From positions 96,001-160,000 of the forward strand of contig JBEKSD010000001.1 of the NCBI GenBank assembly GCA_049517335.1: DNA of 64,000 nt. Direction: 5' to 3'. Source of the DNA: Candidatus Omnitrophota bacterium (GTDB taxonomy: Bacteria; Omnitrophota; Gorgyraeia; Gygaellales; Profunditerraquicolaceae). Made by a program: the position numbers and the translations under genes. Every line of letters starts with the position of its first letter. Within the stretch, counting starts at the first letter, position 1. The notes beneath the pieces were generated by a model, which had not been told where the DNA came from, searched no databases, and worked only from the letters and a program-made list of their open reading frames with translations. This document shows, in pieces, positions 39,603-48,817 of the stretch.

Positions 39603-40220
39603 GTGGTTAAGGTAAAGATTTGCGGCATTACCAATTTGAAAGATGCGTTCTTATGTATAGATGCCGGAGCGGATGCTTTAGGATTTGTGTTTTACAAAAA
39701 AAGCAGCCGTTATATTCCTCCGGAAAAAGCCTGTCTTATAATCCTCCGGCTTCCGGAGAAGGTAATAAAAGTAGGGATTTTCGTTAATGAAAAAGAGAAA
39801 GAAATACGCAGGATAGCCGAATCTTGCCTGCTTGATATGCTGCAGTTTCACGGCAATGAAACGCCGGAATTCTGCCAAAGGTTTAAGGATTTAAAAGTAA
39901 TAAAGGCATTCCGGGTGAGGGATTGTATAGACAAAAAGAAGATCGCAAAATATAATACATTCGCTTATCTTTTTGATACTTTTGCGCAAGATAAGGCCGG
40001 CGGCACAGGCAAGACATTCAACTGGCAATTTATTAGGCGCTTAGGCGGATTAAAAAAGCCGGTATTCTTGTCCGGAGGATTGAACGCAAGGAATGTCTTA
40101 GGCGCCATAAGATGTGTAACCCCAAGCTGGGTTGACGCGTCCAGTTCAGTGGAAAAAGCAGCAGGTAAGAAGGATAGAAATAAGTTAAAGAATTTCATAA
40201 AAGAGGCAAAACGAGGGTAA
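39603..40220 (+). CDS. trpF: Phosphoribosylanthranilate isomerase
   Basis: [37 protein letters not shown]. Confidence 0.96.
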   Translation: MVKVKICGITNLKDAFLCIDAGADALGFVFYKKSSRYIPPEKACLIILRLPEKVIKVGIFVNEKEKEIRRIAESCLLDMLQFHGNETPEFCQRFKDLKVIKAFRVRDCIDKKKIAKYNTFAYLFDTFAQDKAGGTGKTFNWQFIRRLGGLKKPVFLSGGLNARNVLGAIRCVTPSWVDASSSVEKAAGKKDRNKLKNFIKEAKRG

Positions 40221-40222
40221 AT

Positions 40223-41404
40223 ATGTTACCGGATAAAAAAGGGCATTTTAACGGGTTTGGCGGCAGGTTTGTCCCTGAGACGCTGATTTATGCTTTGGAT
40301 GAGTTGGAGAAAGAATACGCAAAGGCAAAACACGACCCAAAGTTTATCGCTGAATTTGATTATTATCTAAAAGAATACGCCGGGAGGCCGACGCCGTTAT
40401 ACCTTGCGAAGAACCTAAGTAAATACCTGGGCTTAAAAAAGGTTTACCTGAAGCGCGAGGACCTTTTGCATACGGGAGCGCATAAAATAAACAATACTTT
40501 AGGGCAGATACTGCTTGCCGTGCGCATGAATAAGAAACGCATTATCGCCGAGACCGGAGCAGGCCAGCACGGAGTGGCTACTGCGACTGTGGCGGCGATG
40601 TTCGGATTGTCCTGCGATGTTTATATGGGTTCAGAAGATATTGAAAGACAGAAGCTCAATGTTTTCCGTATGAAATTGCTGGGGGCGCGGGTAATACCGG
40701 TTAGAAGCGGGACTAAGACTTTAAAAGACGCGATGACTGAGGCGTTACGTGACTGGGTAACTAATGTGCGCGATACCCATTATATTATCGGGACCGTTGC
40801 CGGGCCTCATCCGTACCCAGCTATGGTGCGCGATTTCCAGTCAATAATAGGCCGTGAAGCAAGAAAACAGATAATCAAAAAGGAAAATAGGCTTCCGGAT
40901 TATCTTCTTGCCTGCGTAGGAGGCGGAAGCAACTCTATCGGATTGTTTTATCCTTTTTTTAATGATAAAGGGGTAAAATTTATCGGCGTGGAAGCAGCGG
41001 GTTTGGGATTAAAATCCGGAAAACATTCCGCGAGCCTCGTAGCTGGAAAACCCGGCGTATTGCATGGTTCAAAATCCAGTCTGCTGCAGGATAAATTCGG
41101 GCAGGTTCAGAATGCCCATTCCATTGCCGCAGGCCTTGATTATCCCGGGGTTGGGCCGGAGCACGCGTATTATAAAAAAATTAAACGCGCTGAATATGTG
41201 GCAATAACCGATAAAGAAGCGCTGGAAGGGTTTAAATTACTGGCAGAAACAGAAGGTATAATTCCCGCGCTTGAGCCTTCACACGCAATTGCATACTTAA
41301 AAAAATTACAAAACAAAATTAACAGGAATTCGATTATAATATTGTGTTTATCAGGCAGGGGGGATAAGGATACGCATACAGTAGCGGAAAAATTAAAATT
41401 ATGA
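40223..41404 (+). CDS. trpB: Tryptophan synthase beta chain
   Basis: [47 protein letters not shown]. Confidence 0.98.
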   Translation: MLPDKKGHFNGFGGRFVPETLIYALDELEKEYAKAKHDPKFIAEFDYYLKEYAGRPTPLYLAKNLSKYLGLKKVYLKREDLLHTGAHKINNTLGQILLAVRMNKKRIIAETGAGQHGVATATVAAMFGLSCDVYMGSEDIERQKLNVFRMKLLGARVIPVRSGTKTLKDAMTEALRDWVTNVRDTHYIIGTVAGPHPYPAMVRDFQSIIGREARKQIIKKENRLPDYLLACVGGGSNSIGLFYPFFNDKGVKFIGVEAAGLGLKSGKHSASLVAGKPGVLHGSKSSLLQDKFGQVQNAHSIAAGLDYPGVGPEHAYYKKIKRAEYVAITDKEALEGFKLLAETEGIIPALEPSHAIAYLKKLQNKINRNSIIILCLSGRGDKDTHTVAEKLKL

Positions 41405-42189
41405 ACCGTATTGAAGCCAAATTCAAACAGTTAAGTAAGAACAGGAAGAAGGCGTTTATTGCTTTTGTCACAGCCGGATATCCTGATTTACGCACTACGG
41501 AAAGGTTGATTTTAGGGTTCTCAAGGATTGAGGTGGATATCATAGAGCTGGGCGTACCTTTTTCCGATCCTATGGCTGATGGGCCCGTGATTCAGGAAGC
41601 GTCATTTGAGTCTTTGAAAAAAGGAACGCGGTTAATTGACATCTTGAACCTCGTAAAAAGAGCCCGTAGGTCGACACAGAGTCCTATTTGCCTGATGACT
41701 TACTACAACCCGGTTTTCAGTTTCGGGGATGAAAAATTTGCCAAAGCCGCCGTAGCCTGCGGGGTTGACGGCGTAATCATACCAGACCTGCCTCCGGACG
41801 AGGGGACTGTGTTTATTAAAATATGCAATAAATACAAGTTGGATGTAATTTCTTTTATTGCCCCTACTACTTCAAGGGAGAGGATGAAGTTTATCTCCAA
41901 GGTTACAAAAGGTTTTATTTATTATGTTTCATTGACCGGAGTTACGGGAGAACGTAGTAATCTTCCCAAAGACCTGATAACTAATGTAAAGACAGTCAGG
42001 AAGATAGCTAAAAATCCGGTCTGTGTGGGGTTTGGTATCTCAAGCAGAAGCCAGGTTGCTCAAGTCAATAAGGTTGCCGACGGAGCTATCGTGGGTAGTG
42101 CGATTGTTAAGTGCATAAAAGAAAATATCAACAAGCCGGATTTAGTCAGGCGTGTTGTTGATTTTGTTTACAGGCTAAAAAATGTATAA
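41401..42189 (+). CDS. trpA: Tryptophan synthase alpha chain
   Basis: [39 protein letters not shown]. Confidence 0.97.
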   Translation: MNRIEAKFKQLSKNRKKAFIAFVTAGYPDLRTTERLILGFSRIEVDIIELGVPFSDPMADGPVIQEASFESLKKGTRLIDILNLVKRARRSTQSPICLMTYYNPVFSFGDEKFAKAAVACGVDGVIIPDLPPDEGTVFIKICNKYKLDVISFIAPTTSRERMKFISKVTKGFIYYVSLTGVTGERSNLPKDLITNVKTVRKIAKNPVCVGFGISSRSQVAQVNKVADGAIVGSAIVKCIKENINKPDLVRRVVDFVYRLKNV

Positions 42190-43450
42190 AAAGATAAAAC
42201 TTGATAACGGCTTAAGAGTCTTAAGCCACCGTATGCCGAATATGCAGTCGGTGGCATTGGGGATATGGATTAAGGTCGGGGGAAGGTATGAATTTGATAA
42301 GAATCAAGGCATCTCGCATTTCCTAGAGCATCTTGTGTTTAAAGGGACGAAAAAATATTCCTGCAGGAAGCTGAAAGAATCAATTGAAGGCGTAGGCGGC
42401 TCATTAAACGGGTTTACTTCCGAGGAACTTACCTGTTATCTGGTAAAGACGCCGGCGCGGCATTTGGCAACTGCATTGGATGTCTTAGCGGATATGGTAA
42501 TAAATCCGCTAATCCCACCTGTTGAGGTTGAGAAGGAGAAGACCGTCATTTTAGAAGAGATAAAGATGTATCGGGACCAGCCGCAGAGCTATGTTTATGA
42601 ATTGCTTGATGAGCTTATGTGGCCGAAACAACAGCTGGGAAGGCCTGTAATCGGCACAGCCGAATCTGTCAGGCGGATTAATAGAAAAGAGCTGGCTGAT
42701 TTTAAGGATAAATATTACAGCGCATCCAGTATTCTGGTAAACGGGGTTGGCTTGTTTAAGCCGGATGAATTCAATAAACGCGTGGGACATTTATTTTCAC
42801 GTCTCGGGCATAAACCAATGAATACTTTTGAGAAGGCTCGGGAAGCGCAGGTTAAGCCGCAATTAAAGGTGCATAATAAAGACACGGAACAAACGCATAT
42901 GGCATTGGGATTCCATGCTTTTAAACGCGACCATCATTTGCGCCATGCGTTGGCCATATTGCATATAGTGCTCGGTGGGAATATGTCCAGCAGGCTTTTT
43001 GAAGAGGTGCGGGAGAAGAAAGGCCTGGCTTATGAGATCGGCACTTCGCTGAAACGTTTTAGCGACACAGGGGCATTTATCGTGCATGCCGGTATTGATA
43101 ATGGCAAGCTTATTGAAGCGGTATCTTTAATTCTAAAAGAGCTGAGGCGGGCTAAAGACAGCGTTGTCAGTGATGATGAATTTATACGCGCCAAGGAGTT
43201 CTATCGCGGCCAGATGATGCTGGCTTTAGAAGATACCATGGATTATATGCTTTGGCTGGGCGAGACAAGTGCAGTTTTGGATAAGGAATATACTTTTGAT
43301 GAGTTGATGAAAGAAGTGGACAGGGTTAAAAGGAAGGATTTGAAGGAAGCAGCAAAGACGATTATTACTGATAATAGAATGAGCTTGGCCCTCATTAGTC
43401 CCTTAAAGGGTAAAGAGGATGAGATTTATAAACTGTTAAAGGTGAATTAA
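42182..43450 (+). CDS. M16-family (pitrilysin/MPP-like) zinc peptidase
   Basis: GISHFLEHLVFKGT (HxxEH), NGFTS.E.T, LGGNMSSRLF.EVREKKGLAY. Confidence 0.94.
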   Translation: MYKKIKLDNGLRVLSHRMPNMQSVALGIWIKVGGRYEFDKNQGISHFLEHLVFKGTKKYSCRKLKESIEGVGGSLNGFTSEELTCYLVKTPARHLATALDVLADMVINPLIPPVEVEKEKTVILEEIKMYRDQPQSYVYELLDELMWPKQQLGRPVIGTAESVRRINRKELADFKDKYYSASSILVNGVGLFKPDEFNKRVGHLFSRLGHKPMNTFEKAREAQVKPQLKVHNKDTEQTHMALGFHAFKRDHHLRHALAILHIVLGGNMSSRLFEEVREKKGLAYEIGTSLKRFSDTGAFIVHAGIDNGKLIEAVSLILKELRRAKDSVVSDDEFIRAKEFYRGQMMLALEDTMDYMLWLGETSAVLDKEYTFDELMKEVDRVKRKDLKEAAKTIITDNRMSLALISPLKGKEDEIYKLLKVN

Positions 43451-44475
43451 TGAGTATGCATCCTGTGTTTTCCTGGCCGATTACGATAATTTTATTATTA
43501 ATTTTGGCGATTATTTCTTTTATTTTTTCAGCATCAGAAACTTCCGTTATTGCTTTAAGCAGGATACGACTGCGCCATATGCTTTCCCGCGGTATTAAGC
43601 GCGCCCAGAATATCCAGCGTTTAATTTCCAAAATGGATAAATTCATTACGGCAATATTGGTCGGTAATAACTTCGTAAATATCGCGATCTCCGCCATCGT
43701 AACCGGGTTAGGCATAATATATTTTGGTTACAAATGGGGCATTATCATTGCTACTTTAGTCGCCGCATTCTTTATAGTCATTATTTGTGAAATAACGCCC
43801 AAGGTCATTGCAATAAAACATACAGAACGGGTGGCATTGGCAATTGCTCCGTTAATGGAAGCCTTCATTAAAGTGTTTACTCCGGTCATCGCTTTGTTCA
43901 GCTGGGCAAGCAATCTGATTATTAAAATGTTGGGCATTAAACCGGCGAAGAAATCGCCCTTGATTACGGAAGAAGAATTGCGCCTTATGATTGAAATGGG
44001 CAAGGAGGAAGGCTTCTTAAGCGACGAAAAGGGGAAAATGTTACACCGGATATTTGAATTTGGCAATATCAAAGCCGCTGATACCATGGTACCGCTTGCT
44101 AAAATGGTGTCGGTCAGCATGAATATTACCCCGGAGGAGCTTTTGAATATCTTTGTTGAGGAAGGCCATGCCCGTCTTCCTGTGTATAAAGATTCAAAAG
44201 ACCATATTGTCGGGATTATTTATGCGCGCGACCTGCTTTATATATTAAGAGATAAAGGTCTATTCCTTCTTCAGGACTTAATCCATGAGGCTTACTACGT
44301 TCCCGCGCACATGCCGGTTAATGAACTTTTAATGAGATTCCAGTCCGACCATATCCAGATTGCCATAATCGTAGACGAGCAAAAGCGGGCAATCGGACTT
44401 GTTACCTTGGAAGACCTGATTGAAGAGATAGTAGGTGAAATTGAGGAAAAACGCACCAACCGGCGCAAGATTTAA
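43450..44475 (+). CDS. CNNM/DUF21 + CBS-pair membrane protein (CorB/hemolysin-like, no CorC C-terminal domain)
   Basis: FSASETS, IL.GNN.VNI, EITPK, H.RLPVY, GLVTLEDLIEEIVGEI. Confidence 0.92.
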   Translation: MSMHPVFSWPITIILLLILAIISFIFSASETSVIALSRIRLRHMLSRGIKRAQNIQRLISKMDKFITAILVGNNFVNIAISAIVTGLGIIYFGYKWGIIIATLVAAFFIVIICEITPKVIAIKHTERVALAIAPLMEAFIKVFTPVIALFSWASNLIIKMLGIKPAKKSPLITEEELRLMIEMGKEEGFLSDEKGKMLHRIFEFGNIKAADTMVPLAKMVSVSMNITPEELLNIFVEEGHARLPVYKDSKDHIVGIIYARDLLYILRDKGLFLLQDLIHEAYYVPAHMPVNELLMRFQSDHIQIAIIVDEQKRAIGLVTLEDLIEEIVGEIEEKRTNRRKI

Positions 44476-44482
44476 GATTACA

Positions 44483-44511
44483 TTGACAGGCATTTTAAGG
44501 TATGATACTAT
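44483..44511 (+). promoter_or_regulatory. Sigma70 promoter upstream of the small Zn-ribbon gene and rsfS
   Basis: TTGACA (44483)-17 bp-TACTAT (44506) with extended TGn. Confidence 0.7.
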
Positions 44512-44557
44512 TATAAAAATTAGTAAACTATTTACTTAACAACATAAGGAGGAAAAG

Positions 44558-44707
44558 ATGGCAGAAACAGGATATTGCGTAAAATGCAAAGCTAAAAAAG
44601 AAATGAAAGATGAGCAGAAAGTTACTATGAAGAATAAGCGGCAGGCTATGAAGGGTAAATGCTCAACCTGCGGGACTGGCATGTATAAGATTTTAGGGAA
44701 AAAATAA
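44558..44707 (+). CDS. 49-aa basic zinc-ribbon protein (DUF5679-like), absent from the ORF track
   Basis: SD AAGGAGG; MAETGYCVKCKAKKEMKDEQKVTMKNKRQAMKGKCSTCGTGMYKILGKK with CxxC...CxxC. Confidence 0.88.
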   Translation: MAETGYCVKCKAKKEMKDEQKVTMKNKRQAMKGKCSTCGTGMYKILGKK

Positions 44708-44719
44708 GGAGCCAGTAAA

Positions 44720-45070
44720 ATAGAAACAAAAAAAATAGCATTACGCGTTGCTTCTATTGCTAAATCCAAAAAAGCGCAGAAAGTCACCGTGTTTGATATG
44801 CGCAAAGTCGCCGGTTTTTGCGATTATTTCGTAATTGCAAGCGGGACATCCCTAAGGCAGGTAAACGCTATAGCAGAGGCAATTGATGAGGATTTAGCCA
44901 AAGACAGGATAAAATCTCTCTCGGAGGTCCCATCTAATGATGAATCAGGGTGGGTGGTTTTGGATTACATGTCCGTAATTGTGCATATTTTTCATAAACC
45001 GATGAGAGAGTTTTATTCTTTGGAGCGCCTTTGGTCAGACGCCAAAAAAGTCAGAATTACGAAGGCATAA
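44720..45070 (+). CDS. rsfS: Ribosome silencing factor RsfS (probable ATA start)
   Basis: KKA..V...DMR, CDYFVIASG.S.RQV.AIA, WVVLDY..VIVHIF...REFYSLERLW.DA. AGGAG lies 8 nt before ATA 44720. Confidence 0.93.
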   Translation: METKKIALRVASIAKSKKAQKVTVFDMRKVAGFCDYFVIASGTSLRQVNAIAEAIDEDLAKDRIKSLSEVPSNDESGWVVLDYMSVIVHIFHKPMREFYSLERLWSDAKKVRITKA

Positions 45071-45142
45071 GAATTAACGACCATCCGAATACGCCAAGAT
45101 TACCCCGGCATCATTCACCAGAGTTAATTTATCACTTAGGAT

Positions 45143-46780
45143 ATGAAAAAAAGCATTGAAAGCCTCCTCCTGAGGCTAATCAAGGATGCATTAAAGGATT
45201 TATCCTTTGAGCAGGTTTATCAAGAGGAGATTTATCTTGATTTTCCTACCGATACCCGCTTCGGTGATTTCACCACGAATATCGCCCTAAAATTAAGCAA
45301 GCTCCTTAAAAGGCCGCCTTACGAAGTGGCAAAAGGACTCATCTCTGCGATTAATAACAACCTCCAGAAAAGCGATTTAAAAGATTGCTTAAAAGAAGTC
45401 AGGGTTGAGGGCGCCGGCTTTATCAATTTCTATTTAACCGACAAATATTTCTATGAACAGTTAAAAGACCTGCTCGTCTACGGGCAGGAGGCGTTAAAGC
45501 AGGATTTGGGGGGTAGAAAGAAGGTATTAATAGAATTTGTCAGCGCAAACCCAACGGGTGCGCTCTCAATTGCCCACGCCCGGCAGGCGGCAGTAGGGGA
45601 TGTTCTGGCAAACCTTATGGATTTCCTGAATTTTAAGGTTAAACGGGAATATTATCTTAATGACGAAGGCAACCAGATAAATATATTGGGTTCTTCGGTT
45701 AAACTAAGGATGCGGGAATTAGACGGAGAAATGCTGGATTTTCCTGAGAATTATTATCAGGGCGAGTATATTTATGATATTGCCAAAGCGGCCAAAACGG
45801 CAGGCGTCAAGAAAGAGGAATTGGGGGATTTTGCCGCCGGGTATATTCTGGATATTATCAAAAAAGAGCTTGATGATTTCGGGGTCAGGTTTGATGTTTG
45901 GTATAGCCAGAAGGAATTAGACAGGTCGGGAAAAATAGAAAAGTATTTTGAAGAATTAAAAAAGAAAAGTTATCTTTATGAACAGGAAGGCGCTTTGTGG
46001 TTTAAGTCCTCCAGCTTCGGCGACGATAAGGATAGGGTGGTAGTCAAATCCGATAAATCCTATACGTACCTGGCTCCGGATATAGCATACCATCAGGAGA
46101 AATTCCGCAGGGGTTTTGAATGGCTGATTAACCTCTGGGGTCCGGACCATCACGGTTATATCAACCGCCTGAAAGCTTCCGTGGAGGCCTTCGGCCATAA
46201 GCCCGAGAGCCTATCAATAATCATCGTGCAACTGGCTACTATTTTCCGGGAGGGTAAACCCGTGCAGATGTCTACGCGCAGGGGCCAGTACATTACTTTA
46301 AGGGAAGTTTTGGATGAGGTGGGCAAAGACGCTTCAAGATTTTTCTTTCTTATGCGCCGCACTTCAAGCCACCTTGATTTTGACCTTGATGTGGCAAAAA
46401 AGCAGACCTCGGAAAACCCGGTCTATTACGTGCAATACGCTCATGCCCGGATTTGCAGCATCCTACGTTCTGCCGGGATAAAAGTAAAGAAAGACGCTCC
46501 CCTCTTCATCTTAAAGGAAAAAGAGGAGCTGACGCTTGTAAAAAAGATCCTCCAGTTTCCTTCAGTATTAAATATCTGCCTGATTACGCTTGATCCATAT
46601 ATGCTCACCGTTTATTTACAGACATTGGCAGAGAGTTTTCATAAATTTTATGACCTACACCGCGTGTTAGGCACGGACAGTTCCCTTAGCCTTGCGCGCC
46701 TTGCTTTAATTGAAGCAACCAGGACAGCTTTAGCCACAGGCCTTGATATTTTAGGTGTCTCTAAACCGGAAAAGATGTAA
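45143..46780 (+). CDS. argS: Arginine--tRNA ligase
   Basis: FGDF.TN.A, GAGFINF, EFVSANPTG, GDDKDRV, WGPDHHGY, MSTRRG, NPVYYVQYAHARI. Confidence 0.96.
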   Translation: MKKSIESLLLRLIKDALKDLSFEQVYQEEIYLDFPTDTRFGDFTTNIALKLSKLLKRPPYEVAKGLISAINNNLQKSDLKDCLKEVRVEGAGFINFYLTDKYFYEQLKDLLVYGQEALKQDLGGRKKVLIEFVSANPTGALSIAHARQAAVGDVLANLMDFLNFKVKREYYLNDEGNQINILGSSVKLRMRELDGEMLDFPENYYQGEYIYDIAKAAKTAGVKKEELGDFAAGYILDIIKKELDDFGVRFDVWYSQKELDRSGKIEKYFEELKKKSYLYEQEGALWFKSSSFGDDKDRVVVKSDKSYTYLAPDIAYHQEKFRRGFEWLINLWGPDHHGYINRLKASVEAFGHKPESLSIIIVQLATIFREGKPVQMSTRRGQYITLREVLDEVGKDASRFFFLMRRTSSHLDFDLDVAKKQTSENPVYYVQYAHARICSILRSAGIKVKKDAPLFILKEKEELTLVKKILQFPSVLNICLITLDPYMLTVYLQTLAESFHKFYDLHRVLGTDSSLSLARLALIEATRTALATGLDILGVSKPEKM

Positions 46781-46795
46781 GCAAGTGCCCATTAA

Positions 46796-48484
46796 ATGCA
46801 AAACCACAAAATCTTAAAAGTTGCAATTCCACACCCCCATATCCAGAATGCTTTTCATAAAGAGCTTGGTATTTCCAAGGTACTTGCTCAGGTTTTGGCC
46901 AACCGCGGCGTAACTAATATTAAGGAAGCGGAAAAATTCCTGAATGTAAAACTGGAGCATCTGCTCAACCCGAATTTGTTTTCCGATATGCCCAAGGCGG
47001 TAGGCCTGATAAAAAAAGCAGCACAGGCAAAAGAGAGGGTAATGGTATTTGGCGATTATGACGCCGACGGCATTACTGCTTTAGCCCTCCTTAAGGGCAC
47101 ACTTCAAAAATTGGGCATAGATGTGCTTCATTATCTACCCAACCGCCTTACTCAGGGTTACGGCTTAACTAAAGGTATAGCCGAATTTTTAAAGAAGAAC
47201 AGCGTAAAGTTACTGATTACGGTTGATTGCGGCATAACCAACTACAAAGAGATAGAAGAATTGAGGCGCAACAATATAGAAGTAATCGTCACCGACCATC
47301 ATGAGCCTCAAGCGGATATTATGCCCCCAGCCTCCTGCATTATTAACCCAAAGGTTAAAAACTCGGGTTATAAATTCCGCGAGCTCGCCGGCGTAGGTGT
47401 AGCTTACAAATTATGCCAGGCGTTGACCGGCTCAACCTTAAGCGAAGAACTGGACCTGGTTTCTTTGGGTACAATCGCGGATAGTGTACCTCTTATGGGG
47501 GAGAACCGGGTCATAGCAAAGGAGGGCTTGAGTTATCTGCCTAATACCCGGAAAGCAGGATTACAGGTTTTAATGGATAATGCCGGTATAAGAAATAAAA
47601 AATTTACTTCCACTTTCGTAAGTTTTATTCTAGCACCGCGCATTAATGCCTGCGGCCGTATGGATACAGCTGAAGTATCATTATCGCTTTTAATGAGCGA
47701 AAATACCGAAGAGGCTATTGGTTTGGCAAAGATAGTTGAGTCGCACAACCGCCAGCGCCAGAAGATAGAAGGTAAAATATTACAGGAGGCAGAGGATTTA
47801 ATCAACAAGGAAGTCAACTTCAAGGAGCATAAGGTTATTGTTATTGCCAAAGAAGACTGGCACCACGGCGTCCTTGGAATTGTGGCCTCAAAAATAGCCG
47901 ACAGGTTTTACCGGCCGGCTATCGTCATTTCATTGAGCGATAATATCTGCAAAGGCTCGGGACGTTCGATTAAGAATTTTCATTTATTTGAAGCTCTCCT
48001 TGAATGCAAGGACCTGCTGGATTCATTCGGGGGCCATGCCCATGCCGTAGGGCTTGTCATTACCCGTGACAGCATTAATGATTTTCGCCGTAATATCAAC
48101 CGCCTGGCGCATGAGAAATTATCAATTGAAGATTTACTTCCGGGTTTAGATATTGATATGGAATTGCCTCTTGAGCAGGTAAGCGAGGATCTGGCAAGGG
48201 AACTTGAAAGTTTAGAGCCGTATGGCGCAGGTAACCCTGAACCTCTATTTTATACGCGGGGATTAAAATTAAAGGGTGAGCCGCAGGTATTAAGCCGTGA
48301 GACCTTGAAGTTTTGGGTTAGCGACGGCATGTTTACTATTCAGGCCATTGGTTTCGGGATGAGCAGCTTTAACGAAAGCTTAAAGAATGCATCTTCCCTG
48401 GATCTGGTTTATACTCCGAAAATAGACAATTGGCGCGATGAGCCAAGTCTTATTCTGGAAGCGCGGAACATATTTTTTAAATGA
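46796..48484 (+). CDS. recJ: Single-stranded-DNA-specific exonuclease RecJ
   Basis: GDYDADG, ITVDCG, TDHH, LGTIAD, PRINACGR, GSGRS, FGGH. Confidence 0.96.
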   Translation: MQNHKILKVAIPHPHIQNAFHKELGISKVLAQVLANRGVTNIKEAEKFLNVKLEHLLNPNLFSDMPKAVGLIKKAAQAKERVMVFGDYDADGITALALLKGTLQKLGIDVLHYLPNRLTQGYGLTKGIAEFLKKNSVKLLITVDCGITNYKEIEELRRNNIEVIVTDHHEPQADIMPPASCIINPKVKNSGYKFRELAGVGVAYKLCQALTGSTLSEELDLVSLGTIADSVPLMGENRVIAKEGLSYLPNTRKAGLQVLMDNAGIRNKKFTSTFVSFILAPRINACGRMDTAEVSLSLLMSENTEEAIGLAKIVESHNRQRQKIEGKILQEAEDLINKEVNFKEHKVIVIAKEDWHHGVLGIVASKIADRFYRPAIVISLSDNICKGSGRSIKNFHLFEALLECKDLLDSFGGHAHAVGLVITRDSINDFRRNINRLAHEKLSIEDLLPGLDIDMELPLEQVSEDLARELESLEPYGAGNPEPLFYTRGLKLKGEPQVLSRETLKFWVSDGMFTIQAIGFGMSSFNESLKNASSLDLVYTPKIDNWRDEPSLILEARNIFFK

Positions 48485-48506
48485 ATGAGGACATCCGCCC
48501 TAAAGC

Positions 48507-48737
48507 TTATTTAGCTTTTAGGAAATCGCCTTTTTTGATGCATTTGGTGCAGACGTAAACCTGTTTAGGGTGGCCATTAACCATGATACGCATTTTTTGC
48601 AGGTTAGGCAGAAATTTACGCATTGTCCAGCGGGTAATCTTGGAGCCGGTACCGCCTTTAGCCTTATATTGGCCTTTACGGGAAACAGATTTTCCGGTAA
48701 GTTCGCCCTTACCACAAAGTATACATTTTTTAAACAT
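48507..48737 (-). CDS. rpmB: 50S ribosomal protein L28 (Zn-binding form, PVC-type insert)
   Basis: CILCGK, RKG..KAKGG.G..IT insert, RKFLPNLQ, VCTKCIK; SD AGGAG. Confidence 0.95.
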   Translation of the reverse strand: MFKKCILCGKGELTGKSVSRKGQYKAKGGTGSKITRWTMRKFLPNLQKMRIMVNGHPKQVYVCTKCIKKGDFLKAK

Positions 48738-48782
48738 GTTCTTTACTCCTGTTTGTTAGAGCAGCTTTGTGTAATGGGGGAT

Positions 48783-48811
48783 AATTTAACATAAAAAGGC
48801 TGCCGGGTCAA
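48783..48811 (-). promoter_or_regulatory. Putative rpmB promoter
   Basis: On the minus strand: TTGACC-17 bp-TAAATT with extended TG. Confidence 0.6.
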
Positions 48812-48817
48812 GTGCTT

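Noticed and set aside
44536-44805. 89-aa minus-strand ORF
   Set aside because: It is the antisense shadow of the Zn-ribbon gene and the rsfS 5' end, which have promoter and SD support.
44558-45070. Stop-codon readthrough or recoding fusing the Zn ribbon to RsfS
   Set aside because: TAA is used as a normal stop throughout the window, and rsfS has its own SD.
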